Source of the DNA: Epiperipatus broadwayi
Lineage: Eukaryota; Animalia; Onychophora
Reading direction: 5' to 3'
DNA: 64,000 bases
Assembly: GCA_028023455.1 (NCBI GenBank)
Contig: JAQFVV010000005.1
Location: forward strand, 17,794,001-17,858,000
The translations under genes and the position numbers were made by a program. The notes beneath the pieces are model-generated. The model made no database searches. It worked only from the letters and a program-made list of their open reading frames with translations, and was not told where the DNA came from. Shown here piece by piece: positions 62,171 through 64,000 of the stretch (positions within the stretch are counted from its first letter, which is position 1; each line of letters starts with the position of its first letter).

Positions 62171-64000
62171 ATGAAAGTACTATGATTTTTACATGAATGA
62201 CCCTAGATGATGTCATCCATATATATAATGTTCATAAGTCTACTGGGCTTAATAAGTCTTGTTTATTTTCACTATTTAATGCAGAAGTTACTATCAACTA
62301 CTGCGACTTTGTATTTTGTGAGCCAGGTGCAAAACATAAATAATGACCTTTTTGTTTGAAAGTCAAAAGAGTGATATACTTCAAGACTTCTGACCTTTTT
62401 CAAATGTTTGAACAAAATGCACTACATATAAATAAATATTTTATTAGATATAAAAACTTTTTTATTTATTGTGTATACCCTATAAAAATGGTAAGGACTT
62501 ATAGGGGGTGAACTGGGGTGATGGAATGCCATCATCAAAACTAATTAAAACAAAATTTACATATCAAATATCAAAAGGATGAACAAAAGGATGAGCCTGA
62601 GAGATTAACACCAACACTATAAATAAGTATAGGTAACCAGCATTACCCAGAAGTAATAATCATTCATCTTCATGAATGATCAACAATAAAAATAAGTCAA
62701 CAGTCAATCTTGTGGCTGTATTTGAAATGGGTCTACTATAAACCAGATTAATTATTTATCTCTTGCCAGGTTGAGGAAGATTATTTAAATAATAATTTGG
62801 ATGCATAAACTTAAATGCTAATCCATCATAATACATAACAATAAAAACAATAATGCTGGATATTAAAACATGCTGATCATCAGCAATGCTCTAGCTACTT
62901 AGTACCTTTAATATATCAGCCAACTATAAACTTAATTTCTAATAAATACTAAACTAAATAAAATGTAGTGCATGAGTTTAAAGAATATCCCCTTTGAAGC
63001 AAGACAGAATCATCATCAACTCGATGTCCATAAACACTGAATATAAATCCCTTTTATACAACAGACCATTATGCATGAATCTAGCTCAGTAAACAAAAGC
63101 TCTATAATTGTTATTGTGATCATGAGATATAATCCTAACATATAATATTCTAAAACTATTTAGTACTGAGTAAATTCACTGGAATGACTTTAATAATAAA
63201 ATATCAATTTATTAATAACAATAAAATTGAAATTAAAGTCTGCAGAATATGGCTATACATATAAATTAAGCCTTCTGATTTTGATTTAATACAATTAGCT
63301 ATCACATTGTGATTTACAAATATGTCTCAATAGATTTACATAAAACACACTTATATATAAGCACACAGACATGCAGATAATAGTTTATGAACATATTTGA
63401 ATTGTCATAAACCTATAAATGAAATTCACTTTTATAATTATAATTGATTTAACATATATGTGTCTACATGACACTCATTTACATAAGCACACAGACATAC
63501 ATATGGGAATTGTCATATAATGATAAAAAATAAGCTATCACATTTTAATGATATGTAAATAATGGCTGTTTTCACCTATATATGTGGGTTACCATGGAAA
63601 TATATGTACACACTGATGATAATATCATACGATTTTTTAATTTGTCAAAATAATACTCATATTTTATCTTTTTAGATAAATGAATATGTATGATGTGTGT
63701 ATGCATAAAAATAATAGAATGACTCAAAGTCATTAATTCATTCATTATCTGATGGTAAAAAGTTTTTAACTCTTACTTTTTTTAAAAAAATTATTAATTT
63801 TTTGACAGTCCTTCATAAAAGTTTTTTTTTTAAAAAAAAAGTTATTTACTTAAAAAAATTACAACTCATTTTTACTAAAGAAATTATTTAAAATAACTCA
63901 CCAACTATACTTTTATATATATGATGCAGTACTTTATCTTGATTCTCTGTATATAGATAAAAGAGTATGTGTATAAACTAATTCTTCAGCAAGGTGATAG

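Noticed and set aside
61220-63200. Weak GIY-YIG-like (61.3 kb) and L1 RT-like (62.8-63.1 kb) translations
   Set aside because: Too degenerate to support by eye.
1-64000. Remaining short six-frame ORFs; CRISPR arrays; rRNA; genuine tRNA genes
   Set aside because: ORFs are low-complexity products of AT-rich DNA; no regularly spaced repeat-spacer array; no rRNA similarity; tRNA-like copies have A tails, TSDs and altered T-loops, so they were treated as SINEs.

Overview
Very AT-rich (roughly <30% GC by eye), largely non-coding eukaryotic DNA, probably invertebrate (inference), dominated by decayed transposons. No complete host gene is visible; there are three weak exon-like patches, all on the minus strand. 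Conventional content: L1/Tx1-like, RTE-like and other non-LTR RT remnants, mariner remnants, a TA-flanked non-autonomous DNA transposon, seven copies of a tRNA(Val)-like SINE, and several Penelope-like elements (PLEs). The PLEs include one near-full-length decayed copy at 19.2-22.3 kb and an open GIY-YIG endonuclease ORF at 16.9-17.4 kb. The most notable feature is about 20 type I minimal hammerhead ribozyme (HHR) motifs, folded by eye, from at least 8 sequence families. Non-coding families A (469-483 nt unit), B and D (406 nt unit) are inserted with 10-14 bp target-site duplications (TSDs). They show an inverted arm, and A and D also show more-than-unit-length tandem arms, as expected for retrozyme-like RNAs mobilised by Penelope proteins, possibly from circular templates. 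Four other HHR families carry the covariant U3:A8 core (UUGANAA) instead of C3:G8. Several breakpoints in families A, B and D fall on a shared hairpin/ACCC motif. All ribozyme and mechanism claims are structural inferences and have not been tested.
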